DNA of 64,000 bases, taken from the NCBI GenBank assembly GCA_965203905.1, contig CBDBDQ010000005.1:736001-800000 (forward strand), read 5' to 3'. This DNA comes from Spirochaetia bacterium. GTDB lineage: Bacteria > Spirochaetota > Spirochaetia > SZUA-6 > Bin103. This document shows, in pieces, positions 28,278 to 37,583 of the stretch (position 1 is its first letter; every line of letters starts with the position of its first letter). The notes beneath the pieces are model-generated. The model was given only the letters and a program-made list of their open reading frames with translations, searched no databases and was not told the DNA's origin. The position numbers and the translations under genes are program-made.

Positions 28278-28617
28278 ATGTTGCCCTGCCAGCCGCCACT
28301 GCCACACCGCGCCCGCGCAGGATGCCTTGCTATGCCCGGCGCCGCTGCCGTTGACGAGCTGGTCGCCCGCCTCGTGGTGGCGTAGCCAACCAAAAAAAAC
28401 CGCGAATTTCCCGACTTCGCCGGTTCAGGGGTTGACACGCCTTGGGCAGTCCAATTCGGCGCCGTCCCCGACGATGCCGGATTGGGTCTCAGAACGGGCC
28501 TGGCGCGCGCTCGGTGCGTCGCCACGCAGGAAGTGACCTTGAAAGCCCCAAATCGGCTTCCGACGCCCCTACGGGCCGTCAGGGGGTGGACGAAATCCGG
28601 GTGTACGATGGCCCATC

Positions 28618-30267
28618 ATGGAACCCGACACGACCATCCTTGCGCGCCAGGCGACGGCGCTCGTGTGCCCCCAGCCGGCGCTGACCGAGCTGCCCGCGGG
28701 CGCGGGCGCCACCGCTCAGGCCGCTCACCCTCCGGCGTCGGCGGCGGCAGCCGTGCTGCCGCAACCTGCCGCGCCACGCGACCTGGACCGCCTCGGTAAC
28801 CGCATCGCCGAGCTGGCGGCGCGCATCGACGCCGCCACCTACGAGCTGCTGTGCTACCTGCACCAGTTCAATCAGCAGCACGGCTGGGAGGGCTTCCGCT
28901 CCTGCGCCCACTGGCTCAACTGGCGCACCAGCCTCGACCTCGGCGCTGCCCGCGAGAAGCTGCGCGTGGCCGCCGCCCTGGCCGAGCTGCCCCACATCTC
29001 CGCCGCCATGGCCTGCGGCCGGCTCTCCTATTCGAAAGTCAGAGCCCTCACGCGGGTGGCTTCGCCTGCCACCGAGGCGCGGCTGCTGGCGGTGGCCAGC
29101 CGCTCCACCGCGGCGCAGGTGGAGCGGCTGGTGCGGGGCTGGCGGCAGGCGGACCAGGCCGCCCAGGCAGATAGCGAGCAGGTGCGCCTGGCAAGCCGCA
29201 TGCTGAGCACGCAGGTGGACGAGGACGGCATGCTGGTGCTGCGCGCGCGGCTGACCCCTGAGGTGGGCGCGGTGCTGCTGCGCGCCGTGGAGGCGGCGCT
29301 GGAGCAGGTACCGGCGCCGGCGGCGGGCGCGGACGGCGAGCAGCCCACGATTGCGCAGCGACGCGCCGATGCGCTGGGGCTGGTGGCCGAGAGTGCGCTG
29401 GCCGGCGGGCTCGATCCGGGCAACCCCGGCGACCGCTTCCAGGTGACTGTGCACGTGCCGGCGGGCACTCTTGCCGCGCGCGAGCCAGCCAGCGCCACGC
29501 CGCACCTTTCCGCGGAAACGCGTGCGGCCAGTGAGGCGCCCTCGCAACCGGTCACTGCCGCGGCGCCCGCGGGCAGGGAGCCGGCCACCGCCACGCCGCA
29601 CGTTGCAGCGGAAACGCCGGAAGCGACCGACGGCGCCTGCGAGTGCGCGGCCCCGTCAACGGACCTCGACGCCGGTCAGGCGGTCATTGACCAGGCAGGC
29701 GGTCTGCACCTGGGCAGGGAGGCGGCGCGCCGGGTCGCCTGCGATGCCGCCCTCGTGGCGCTGTGCCACGGCGCCGATGGCGAGGTGCTCGACGTCGGTC
29801 GCAGAACGCGCACGATCCCGACCGCCCTGCGCCGTGCCCTGCTGGACCGCGATCGCAGTCAGTGTCAGTTCCCCGGCTGCGAATCCCACCACTGCGACGC
29901 CCACCACATCGTGCACTGGGCCGACGGCGGAGCGACCAAGCTCGCCAACCTGGCTTCTCTGTGTCGATTCCACCACCGCGCGGTGCACGAAGAGGGGTTT
30001 CAGGTGGTCGCCGACGCCGTTGGGCAGTTCCAATTCCTGCGTCCGGACGGCGTGCCGTTGCCGGCGAAGCCACCGGCGGTGTGCTGGGAGGGGGCGCCGC
30101 TGGGGCCGACCGACGCGCGTCTGGCGGAAGCCGGTGTCAGCATCGGTCCCCATACCGCCACCCCCGACTGGTACGGGGAATCGCTGGACCTGGCGGCGGC
30201 GCTCGACGTGCTGTGGCAGCCGCCGGCTCGGGAAGCGCCGGCCGCCGTGGCGCGTGGCGCTCCCTGA
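28618..30267 (+). CDS. DUF222 + HNH endonuclease (13E12/Rv1128c-like repeat-element protein)
   Basis: FRSCAHWLNWRT, GRLSYSKVRAL, QRRADAL, ARRVACDA, LDVGRRTRTIP, then CQFPGC...DAHHIVHWADGG...NLASLCRFHH. Confidence 0.9.
   Translation: MEPDTTILARQATALVCPQPALTELPAGAGATAQAAHPPASAAAAVLPQPAAPRDLDRLGNRIAELAARIDAATYELLCYLHQFNQQHGWEGFRSCAHWLNWRTSLDLGAAREKLRVAAALAELPHISAAMACGRLSYSKVRALTRVASPATEARLLAVASRSTAAQVERLVRGWRQADQAAQADSEQVRLASRMLSTQVDEDGMLVLRARLTPEVGAVLLRAVEAALEQVPAPAAGADGEQPTIAQRRADALGLVAESALAGGLDPGNPGDRFQVTVHVPAGTLAAREPASATPHLSAETRAASEAPSQPVTAAAPAGREPATATPHVAAETPEATDGACECAAPSTDLDAGQAVIDQAGGLHLGREAARRVACDAALVALCHGADGEVLDVGRRTRTIPTALRRALLDRDRSQCQFPGCESHHCDAHHIVHWADGGATKLANLASLCRFHHRAVHEEGFQVVADAVGQFQFLRPDGVPLPAKPPAVCWEGAPLGPTDARLAEAGVSIGPHTATPDWYGESLDLAAALDVLWQPPAREAPAAVARGAP
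29480..29616 (+). repeat. Two 41-bp direct repeats 96 nt apart inside the HNH gene, each ending in a palindromic motif
   Basis: 29480-29520 and 29576-29616 encode EPASATPHLSAET and EPATATPHVAAET. Confidence 0.8.
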
Positions 30268-30471
30268 CCGCGGCTACGTCGCGATCTGTGGGCGGACAGC
30301 CACTGGCAGTCCGACAGCTCGCCTGCAGTCGGTCGCGGCGGGTCTTCCGATCTCTCTGTTGGTGAGCGTTAACGAATGATTCACCTGATGTTCACGGAGG
30401 CGGACCGGCAGCCGCGGTAGGCTAGGTGGTATGACGGGCACGGCGCTGAAGCAACAGCGAACTTCAGGCCG

Positions 30472-30831
30472 TTGTATGGGTACGAGGTTGCACCGATGAT
30501 TAACATAATGCCGCGCACGGAAGACACGACCAGGCATCTGACCTTGCACTACCTGGTCCTGGCATTCTCCCGGCTGCGGATACGAGACGAGGCGCTGCGT
30601 TATCTCGAGGACCTGCTTGGCTTTCTGGCCGCCGACCCGGCGGCGCGACTGCCGGAGGGCCGGACCCGCGGCGAGTTGGGGGCCGCATACCTGGACGATC
30701 TGAGCCGCAACGGCAGCTGCCGGGAGTTCGACTTCCAGTGGCTGCGCAACGATCCCGGGTTCCAGGATACCCTGCAACGCCATCGCGGACAGTTTGCAGC
30801 CCCCCTCGCCATCCCCAGCCCGGCCGGGTAG
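30472..30831 (+). CDS. Hypothetical helical protein, possibly a 3' gene fragment
   Basis: Coding-like codon usage from about 30508; no family motif recognised. Confidence 0.4.
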   Translation: MYGYEVAPMINIMPRTEDTTRHLTLHYLVLAFSRLRIRDEALRYLEDLLGFLAADPAARLPEGRTRGELGAAYLDDLSRNGSCREFDFQWLRNDPGFQDTLQRHRGQFAAPLAIPSPAG

Positions 30832-30889
30832 TCGCGCCGACCTGCGCCTGGATCTGACCGGGGCGGAGGCATAGACTCCGCCACAGGTC

Positions 30890-32485
30890 ATGAACTATCT
30901 GCCGCCCGATCCGCTGCGCCTGTGGGACTGCTGGATCCTCCCGTGGGAAGGCGAGTATCACCTGATCCACCTCCAGTACACGCTCGCCGAGCTGGAGGAC
31001 GGTACGGTTGCCAACCGCTGGGCCGGCCTGGGGCACGCCGTGTCGCGCGACCTGGTGCGCTGGCAGCGGCGTCCCACCATCGAGATCGAGGAGGTCGCCG
31101 GGAGCTGGGAGTCCCGGATCGGCCTGACCGGCACGCTGCTCCGCCACGAGGGACGGTTCTGGATGTTCTACGGCGCCTCCGACGGCGGCGTGCAGCGCCT
31201 GGGCGCCCTGCTCTCCGACGACCTCGTCACCTGGCGCAAGCACCCCGCCAACCCGCTGGTGGGCTCCGCGCCGCCATATCACAACGAGCGCGACGCGCGT
31301 GAGCCTCCTTATGTGAACGTGTGGTGGCGCGACCCGCACATCTCCTGGCGCGAGGACCTCGGCTGCTACGAGATGCTGGTCGGAGCGCGGCTGCCCTACC
31401 GCGGGCAGGGCAAGTCGGGCACCTGCATCGCCCGTGCGCGGTCGCGCGACCTGGTGCACTGGAGCCACCTCGAGCCGCTGGTGGACGTGGGCGACCGGTT
31501 GCTGGTGGCCGACGTCCCGGATCGCTTCGCGATCGACGGCACCTGGTATCTCACCTTCAACAGCGCCTCCACCTGGGGGCGGCGCATCGCCAGCCCGACC
31601 CGCCCCAAGCCGAGCGGCTCCTTCTACATGGTCGGTGCCACCGCGGACGGCCCGTTCGAGTTCCCGGACGATCCGTGTCTGCTGGGAGCCGGACACGGAG
31701 GCCAGGGTCCCACGGTCCTGTTCACGCTCGACGACTCCGGTGGCGCACCACACCGGCGGCTCGCCTTCCATCACCACGGCTGGCCCGATTCGCACCGGTC
31801 ACGCGCTTCTTTCCGGCCGTCGCTGGCGTTGCCCAAGTACCTGGTCCAGAACGCCGACCGCAGCCTCGGTCTCGTCTTTCATCCGGCCGTCGCCGCACTG
31901 GAGGCGCGGGTGCTGGCGGAGACGCTGGACGTCGCCGGCGCCGACACCCGCTACCGCACCACCGGCGAGTGGGAGCACCGCGGCACGGCCACGCACGGCC
32001 TGTCGCAGCACGTATCAAGCGCGCTGCTGGCGCCCCGGCATGCCGCCGACGTGCACGTCACCTGCCGGCTGCGCTTCGCGGACGCGGAACGCGCCGGGAT
32101 CGTGCTGCGGCTACCGGCGGAACCACGTCCGGTGGGCCTGGCCGTCACGGTCGACCGCCAGGCCGGCGAGGTCAGCCTCGGCCCGGCACGCCCGGAGGGA
32201 CAGTTCGGCGCGCTGGACCTGGGAACCTGCGACCGCTGCCGCTGGGACGTGGGCGATACGGTGCTACTCCGGGTGCTGGCCCGTGACCAGGTGGCCGAGG
32301 TCTACCTCGACGACCGGCTTGCGCTTTCCGTGTCGCTGACGGAGGAGCCGCGGGCCGGAGCGGCCGGCTGCTTCGTGGAAGGCGGCGCCTGCACCTTCGA
32401 ACAGTTCCGGCTGGCCGAGCTGGAGCCGCTGCGACCGCTGCCGGTAGCCAAGGCGACGGACACACCCCGCCGCGAGTTGGTATAA
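30890..32485 (+). CDS. GH32-like beta-propeller glycosidase
   Basis: LWDCW, GHAVSRDLVRW, WRDP and RSRDLVHW motifs; C-terminal beta-sandwich. Confidence 0.8.
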   Translation: MNYLPPDPLRLWDCWILPWEGEYHLIHLQYTLAELEDGTVANRWAGLGHAVSRDLVRWQRRPTIEIEEVAGSWESRIGLTGTLLRHEGRFWMFYGASDGGVQRLGALLSDDLVTWRKHPANPLVGSAPPYHNERDAREPPYVNVWWRDPHISWREDLGCYEMLVGARLPYRGQGKSGTCIARARSRDLVHWSHLEPLVDVGDRLLVADVPDRFAIDGTWYLTFNSASTWGRRIASPTRPKPSGSFYMVGATADGPFEFPDDPCLLGAGHGGQGPTVLFTLDDSGGAPHRRLAFHHHGWPDSHRSRASFRPSLALPKYLVQNADRSLGLVFHPAVAALEARVLAETLDVAGADTRYRTTGEWEHRGTATHGLSQHVSSALLAPRHAADVHVTCRLRFADAERAGIVLRLPAEPRPVGLAVTVDRQAGEVSLGPARPEGQFGALDLGTCDRCRWDVGDTVLLRVLARDQVAEVYLDDRLALSVSLTEEPRAGAAGCFVEGGACTFEQFRLAELEPLRPLPVAKATDTPRRELV

Positions 32486-32497
32486 GCTGGACGCCGC

Positions 32498-33901
32498 ATG
32501 AACAGCCCGAAAGTAGTGGTGATCGGGGCCGGCAGCTACTTCTTCGCCCGTCCCGTGATCTGGAACATGGTCAACAGCCCGGTGCTGCGCGACGGCACGT
32601 TGACGCTGGTGGATACGCAGCCGCGGGTGCTGGAGACGGTCATGGGTGTGGCGCGGCGCGCCGCCGAGGCGACCGGGGCCCCACTGACGGTCGAGGGCGC
32701 CACCGACCGCAACGAAATACTGGCCGGCGCGGACTTCGTGGTGCTGACCTTCAGCGACCGCAACGCCTACTTCCGCGGCGTCGACAGCGACATCAGCAAC
32801 CGGCACGGCATCCGCATGTGCTCCGCCGACACCATCGGGCCGGGCGGCGTGTTCCGGGCGCTGCGAGAGATCCCGATCGCGCTGGAGATCGCGGCCGACG
32901 TGGAGCGGCTGGCGCCGGAGGCCTGGGTGATCAACTTCGTCAATCCCTCCACCGTGATCGGCATCGCCCTCGACCGCTACGCGCCGGAGGTACGCAGCTT
33001 CTCGATCTGCGACGGCCCGCACGAGCCGCACAACCGCGTGCGCCTGCTCAAGCGCCTCGGCATCGTGCCGCAGGACACCGTGGCGATGCCGCTGGAGGTG
33101 GAGCAGAAGCTGGAGTTCGACATCGTCGGCGTGAACCACTTCAGTTGGGTCACCCGCCTCACCTACGACGGCGTCGACTACCTGCCGCGCTGGCGCGAGC
33201 TGCTGGCGGAGGATGCGGCGGAGGAACTGGCCAGCACCGAGAGCCGGGAGGGCGGCAGCGACAACAACGCCCGTTCGAAGGCGCGCTTCAACGCCAACTA
33301 CGCGCTGCAGCTCATGGACGTGTTCGGCGCCTACCCGGACCGCATCGCCCACACCAAGGAGTACGTGCCCTTCTTCCAGGGCTACGGCGCCGCGCCGGTC
33401 ACCCCGGAGCCGCTGGCCGTGTTCGACGCCGGCACCCGGCAGCAGCAGATGGACGCCTGGTGGCGGGAGAACGAGGAGTACGCCGCCGGTGAGCGCCCGA
33501 TCGCCGAGTTCCTCGCCGGCGGCAAGCCGGACCACGCCACCGACATCATCGAGTCGATGTGGGGCGACCTCGGCAAGCGCTTCTACCTCAACACGCGCAA
33601 CCGCGGCGCCGTGCCCAACATGGCCGACGACGCGATCCTGGAGCTGCGCTGCGACGTCGACATGGGCGGCGTCAATCCGCGTCCCTGCGGCACGATCCCG
33701 CCCGGCATCCACGGCATGACCCAATTGATCCTCGACACCCACGAGTTGACCGCGCAGGCGGCGGCGAGCTACGACCGCGGGGTGCTGCTGCGCGCGCTGT
33801 GCACCGATCCCATCGTCAACAACCTGGAGGACGCCAAGGCGGTGATGGCCGACCTGCTGGAGGCACAGCGCGACGTGCTGCGGCCACAGTGGTACCGATA
33901 G
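32498..33901 (+). CDS. GH4 NAD+-dependent glycosidase
   Basis: KVVVIGAGS, DTIGPGGVFRALR, INFVNP and GVNHFSW motifs. Confidence 0.92.
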   Translation: MNSPKVVVIGAGSYFFARPVIWNMVNSPVLRDGTLTLVDTQPRVLETVMGVARRAAEATGAPLTVEGATDRNEILAGADFVVLTFSDRNAYFRGVDSDISNRHGIRMCSADTIGPGGVFRALREIPIALEIAADVERLAPEAWVINFVNPSTVIGIALDRYAPEVRSFSICDGPHEPHNRVRLLKRLGIVPQDTVAMPLEVEQKLEFDIVGVNHFSWVTRLTYDGVDYLPRWRELLAEDAAEELASTESREGGSDNNARSKARFNANYALQLMDVFGAYPDRIAHTKEYVPFFQGYGAAPVTPEPLAVFDAGTRQQQMDAWWRENEEYAAGERPIAEFLAGGKPDHATDIIESMWGDLGKRFYLNTRNRGAVPNMADDAILELRCDVDMGGVNPRPCGTIPPGIHGMTQLILDTHELTAQAAASYDRGVLLRALCTDPIVNNLEDAKAVMADLLEAQRDVLRPQWYR

Positions 33902-33918
33902 ATAGAGGAGTTGGACGG

Positions 33919-34776
33919 ATGAGCGTGTCGACGGCAGATCCGACAGCGCTGCGTACGCGGTTGATCGAGGACGGCTACTGTCATGTGCCCGGGGTGGTTC
34001 CCGGCGACCTGGTCGAGCGGATGCGCACGATTGCCGACGCCGCGGCGGACGGCCTCTCGGCGGAGGAACGGGAGCGCTACCCCTTCGCCGGCTCGATGAT
34101 CCAGGTAAACCGGCACGAGGGGATGCTGCCGCTGATCGCGCTGCCGGCGGCGCGCGCGGTGCTGGCCGGCATGGGCTACCCGGGAGCCAGGTTCTACAGC
34201 GGCTTCATCATCAGCAAGCCGCCGCAGGTGGCGCCGCCGCTGTACTGGCACCAGGATGGAATCCTCTGGGACGAACCGATCAGCTACACCGACCAGCCGG
34301 TGCAGGTGTTCCTGATGTACTACCTGGTCGACACCAGCCGCGACAACGGCTGCCTGCGCGTCATCCCCGGTTCCCATCGCCGGCGCCACCGGTTGCACGC
34401 CCTGCCACACGCCCACGGCGAGGAAATCAACCGCGCCGGGCCGCGCCATCCGTCGCTGCAGAACGACCCGGACGAGGTGGACGTGCCGGTACGCGCCGGC
34501 GACCTGGTGATCGGCGACGCGCGCCTGCTGCACTCGGCGCACCCGAACCGCTCGCCGCGGCGGCGCACCGTCATCACCCTGTGGTTCCTGCCCACCTTCC
34601 CCGACCTCCCGGAGCACCTGAGGGCGTTCTACGGCAAGAGCAATGCCGATCTCAGCGCGGCGTCCGTGGGCTGGAGCGAGTCTGGCTGGAACGAGCTGTG
34701 CGAGGTGCTGGCCCGCTACGACGGCCCGCTGGAGCCTCCCGAGCCGAGCCGGGCTCCCGACCAGCGTCTGACCTGA
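33919..34776 (+). CDS. PhyH-family dioxygenase
   Basis: WHQD, NGCLRVIPGSH and LLHSAHPN; GAGGAG RBS. Confidence 0.9.
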   Translation: MSVSTADPTALRTRLIEDGYCHVPGVVPGDLVERMRTIADAAADGLSAEERERYPFAGSMIQVNRHEGMLPLIALPAARAVLAGMGYPGARFYSGFIISKPPQVAPPLYWHQDGILWDEPISYTDQPVQVFLMYYLVDTSRDNGCLRVIPGSHRRRHRLHALPHAHGEEINRAGPRHPSLQNDPDEVDVPVRAGDLVIGDARLLHSAHPNRSPRRRTVITLWFLPTFPDLPEHLRAFYGKSNADLSAASVGWSESGWNELCEVLARYDGPLEPPEPSRAPDQRLT

Positions 34777-34788
34777 GCCACCGGTCCC

Positions 34789-35376
34789 ATGGGCGAGAGC
34801 AGTCACTTCTTCGCCTACCTGTCGCGGATGAAGTTCATCCACCGGTGGGGCCTGATGCGCAACACGCAGGTCGAGAACATCCAGGAGCACAGCCTGCAGG
34901 TGGCGCTGATCGCGCATGCGCTGGCACTCATTCGCAACCGCCTGTTCGACGGCGATCTCGATCCCGAACGGGTGCTGGTCCTGGCGGTGTTTCACGAGGT
35001 GAGCGAGGTGATCACCGGCGACTTGCCGACCCCTCTCAAGTACTTCAATCCGGAGATCAGCCGCGCCTACTCCGAGATCGAGCAGGTCGCCCGGCGCAAG
35101 CTGTGGGACATGATTCCGGCGGAACTGAAAGCCGACTATCGTACCGTGCTGTTCCAGGAGGAGGCCGAAACCGAAAGCTGGAAAGTAGTGAAAGCCGCGG
35201 ACAAGATCAGCGCCTATGCCAAGTGTCTGGAAGAGCTCAAGGCCGGCAACCAGGAATTCGCCAAGGCCAAGGACAGCATCGAACGCGAAATCGCCGGAAT
35301 GGAGTTGCCCGAGGTCAACTACTTCATGCGCAAGTTCGTGCGCAGCTTCTCCCTGGCCCTGGACGAGCTGAACTGA
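34789..35376 (+). CDS. yfbR: HD-family 5'-deoxynucleotidase
   Basis: SHFFAYLSRMKFIHRWGLMRN, ENIQEHS, GDLPTPLKY and KAADKISAY motifs. Confidence 0.9.
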   Translation: MGESSHFFAYLSRMKFIHRWGLMRNTQVENIQEHSLQVALIAHALALIRNRLFDGDLDPERVLVLAVFHEVSEVITGDLPTPLKYFNPEISRAYSEIEQVARRKLWDMIPAELKADYRTVLFQEEAETESWKVVKAADKISAYAKCLEELKAGNQEFAKAKDSIEREIAGMELPEVNYFMRKFVRSFSLALDELN

Positions 35377-35550
35377 CCGGCCCGGCGCGCCTCCTGGGCA
35401 CTAGGGCCACCGCACGGGAGTCGGCTCGTCCTGAGCCTCTCCACTTGGCTTGCGCCACGGTCACGGGGCGGGGGATTGCCGGTTGCCGGCCAGACGATCT
35501 GTGCCTATACTGGCGGCTCGCCAAATGAGGCATTCGAAGGAGAGGACAGA

Positions 35551-37509
35551 ATGAAGCAGTTGGGCAGCGTGTTTCTCGCGGTCTGGATCGCGGGAACACT
35601 ATTTGCTACCGGCCAGACCGACGAGCCTGACACGACGGCGTCGGTGTCCGCCGCCAATGAGTCCCCGGTTCTGGCAGCGATGGTGAACGCCGGCGATCTG
35701 CCGCCACTGAGCGATCGCTTGCCAAGCGATCCGTTCGTCGCCACGGTCAGCGAGTCGATCGGCACCTACGGCGGCACCCTGAGGCTGGTTTCGAATGAAG
35801 CGGGCAAGCTCGGCGATGGCCGCAACGGGGTCACCGTGGCAAGTCTGGTGAAGGCCGACGTCGACACCGTTACCGTGATTCCGCATCTCGCCAAGGAGTT
35901 CTTCTGGGAGTCCAGCCAGACCCTGGTGTTCGGGCTCCGCGAGGGCACCAAGTGGTCGGACGGCACTCCGCTTACCACCGCCGCCGTGCGGTTCTGGTGG
36001 GAGGATTACTCACTCAACCAGGAGTTGCGCCCCTCCGGCCTCCCGCACGGCGATTTCGTAACGCCGGGAGGCGTCGCCAACGTGGTGATCGTGGACGACT
36101 ACACCTTCAAGATCGAGTTCCAGGATCCCAACCCGCTCTATATCGAAACCGCCACCAAGCGAAGCGAGTATCAACACGGCTTCCCGTTGCTGCCGGCGCA
36201 CTATCTGAGCCGCTTCCACAAGGATCACGCAGATGCCGGCGAGCTCGCCAAAATGGTAGCCGAAGCCGGGTTCGAAGACTGGACTCAGTTGTTCGATTCC
36301 AAGTTGGAATCGTATTGGGATACCCGCTCGGAGGACAATCTTGGTGCACCGAGCCTGCACTCTTACGTGCTGTCGGAAATCGGGCCCAACTACTTCAAGC
36401 TGGACCGGAATCCGTACTACTGGAAAGTGGACTCGAACGGCAATCAGCTTCCTTACATCGACGACATCCACATCCAGGTGGTCGGCAGAGAGCTGTATCA
36501 CGGCAAGGTCGCGGCCGGCGAGGCCGACTTCGCCGCCCGACGCACCGATCTGAAGGAGCTCGCCCTCTACAAGAGCGGCGAAGACAGCGGCGACTATCGC
36601 GTACTGCTGTGGAACGCGGTGGGCGACGGCGACTACATGGTGCTGCTCAATTTCAACGCGCCCACGCCCGCTAATCAGGAGTTGATTCAGAACCTCAAGT
36701 TCCGTCAGGCGCTGTCGATCGCCATCGACCGTGAAGACTTCAACAACGTGATCAACACCGGACTTGCCATCCCGCAGCAGATGACGCTGCTGCCAACCTC
36801 GCGCTTCTACAAGGAGGAGTACGCGCAGAGTTGGGCACAGCATGACGTAGACCGGGCGAATCAGATGCTGGACGAGCTGGGACTGGAGTGGGATGCGGAC
36901 GGCGAATTCAGAATCGGGCCGGACGGCAAGAAGATCTCCTTTCTACTCGAGGAAGGCGGCGAACGACCGATCGAAGCGGCTGAGCTGCTCGCCGAGTACT
37001 GGAAGGCGGTCGGAATCGACATGGACATCAAGCTGATCGACCGCGAGCTGTTCCACCTGCACATGGAGCAGAACGAAGGTCTGGACGTGCACATCACCAA
37101 GTACGGCATGATGGACGGCGCCTTCATCGCCCGCCCCGACATGTTTCTGCCGGTCGAGGTGGGCGGCACCGATACCTGGGCCACGCTGTGGGCGCGCTGG
37201 CGCGAAAACACCTACGAAGGGCAGAACCACGAAGTGTTCGAGAAGCCGCCCGACGACGTGATCGAGCTCATCGACACCTGGGAGAAGCTGAAGTACGAGG
37301 TCGACGAAGACGAGGTAAGGCGGTTGGCGGATATCCTGCTCAAGTCACAGGCCGAAAACCTGTGGACTATCGGGATTACCACCGGCGGCGTGAAGCCGAT
37401 TGTCGCCAGCAACCGGCTCGGCAACGTACTGCAGAACGGTACCTATACGTATGACTTTCTGCAGTATGCACAGTACGCCAACGCCGATACCTGGTTTATC
37501 CGCAACTAA
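35551..37509 (+). CDS. Family-5 ABC substrate-binding protein (oligosaccharide-binding-like subgroup)
   Basis: ESPVLAAMVNAGDLPPLSDRLP and RNPYYWKVDSNGNQLPYID; signal ending LFATG. Confidence 0.93.
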   Translation: MKQLGSVFLAVWIAGTLFATGQTDEPDTTASVSAANESPVLAAMVNAGDLPPLSDRLPSDPFVATVSESIGTYGGTLRLVSNEAGKLGDGRNGVTVASLVKADVDTVTVIPHLAKEFFWESSQTLVFGLREGTKWSDGTPLTTAAVRFWWEDYSLNQELRPSGLPHGDFVTPGGVANVVIVDDYTFKIEFQDPNPLYIETATKRSEYQHGFPLLPAHYLSRFHKDHADAGELAKMVAEAGFEDWTQLFDSKLESYWDTRSEDNLGAPSLHSYVLSEIGPNYFKLDRNPYYWKVDSNGNQLPYIDDIHIQVVGRELYHGKVAAGEADFAARRTDLKELALYKSGEDSGDYRVLLWNAVGDGDYMVLLNFNAPTPANQELIQNLKFRQALSIAIDREDFNNVINTGLAIPQQMTLLPTSRFYKEEYAQSWAQHDVDRANQMLDELGLEWDADGEFRIGPDGKKISFLLEEGGERPIEAAELLAEYWKAVGIDMDIKLIDRELFHLHMEQNEGLDVHITKYGMMDGAFIARPDMFLPVEVGGTDTWATLWARWRENTYEGQNHEVFEKPPDDVIELIDTWEKLKYEVDEDEVRRLADILLKSQAENLWTIGITTGGVKPIVASNRLGNVLQNGTYTYDFLQYAQYANADTWFIRN

Positions 37510-37536
37510 GCCGGACCCAGGTGGTTCATTGAGTGC

Positions 37537-37574
37537 AAGGAAGCCCGTCGCAGAGTGCGGCGGGCTTCCTTTTG
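37537..37574 (+). terminator. Hairpin with T-run between the binding-protein and permease genes
   Basis: AAGGAAGCCCGTCGCA-GAG-TGCGGCGGGCTTCCTT followed by TT. Confidence 0.7.
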
Positions 37575-37583
37575 GTTAGGCCA

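Noticed and set aside
28277-28617. Possible guide RNA (omega/HEARO-like) upstream of the HNH gene
   Set aside because: The protein shows no PLMP or split RuvC motifs of IscB, and I cannot support a conserved RNA fold by eye
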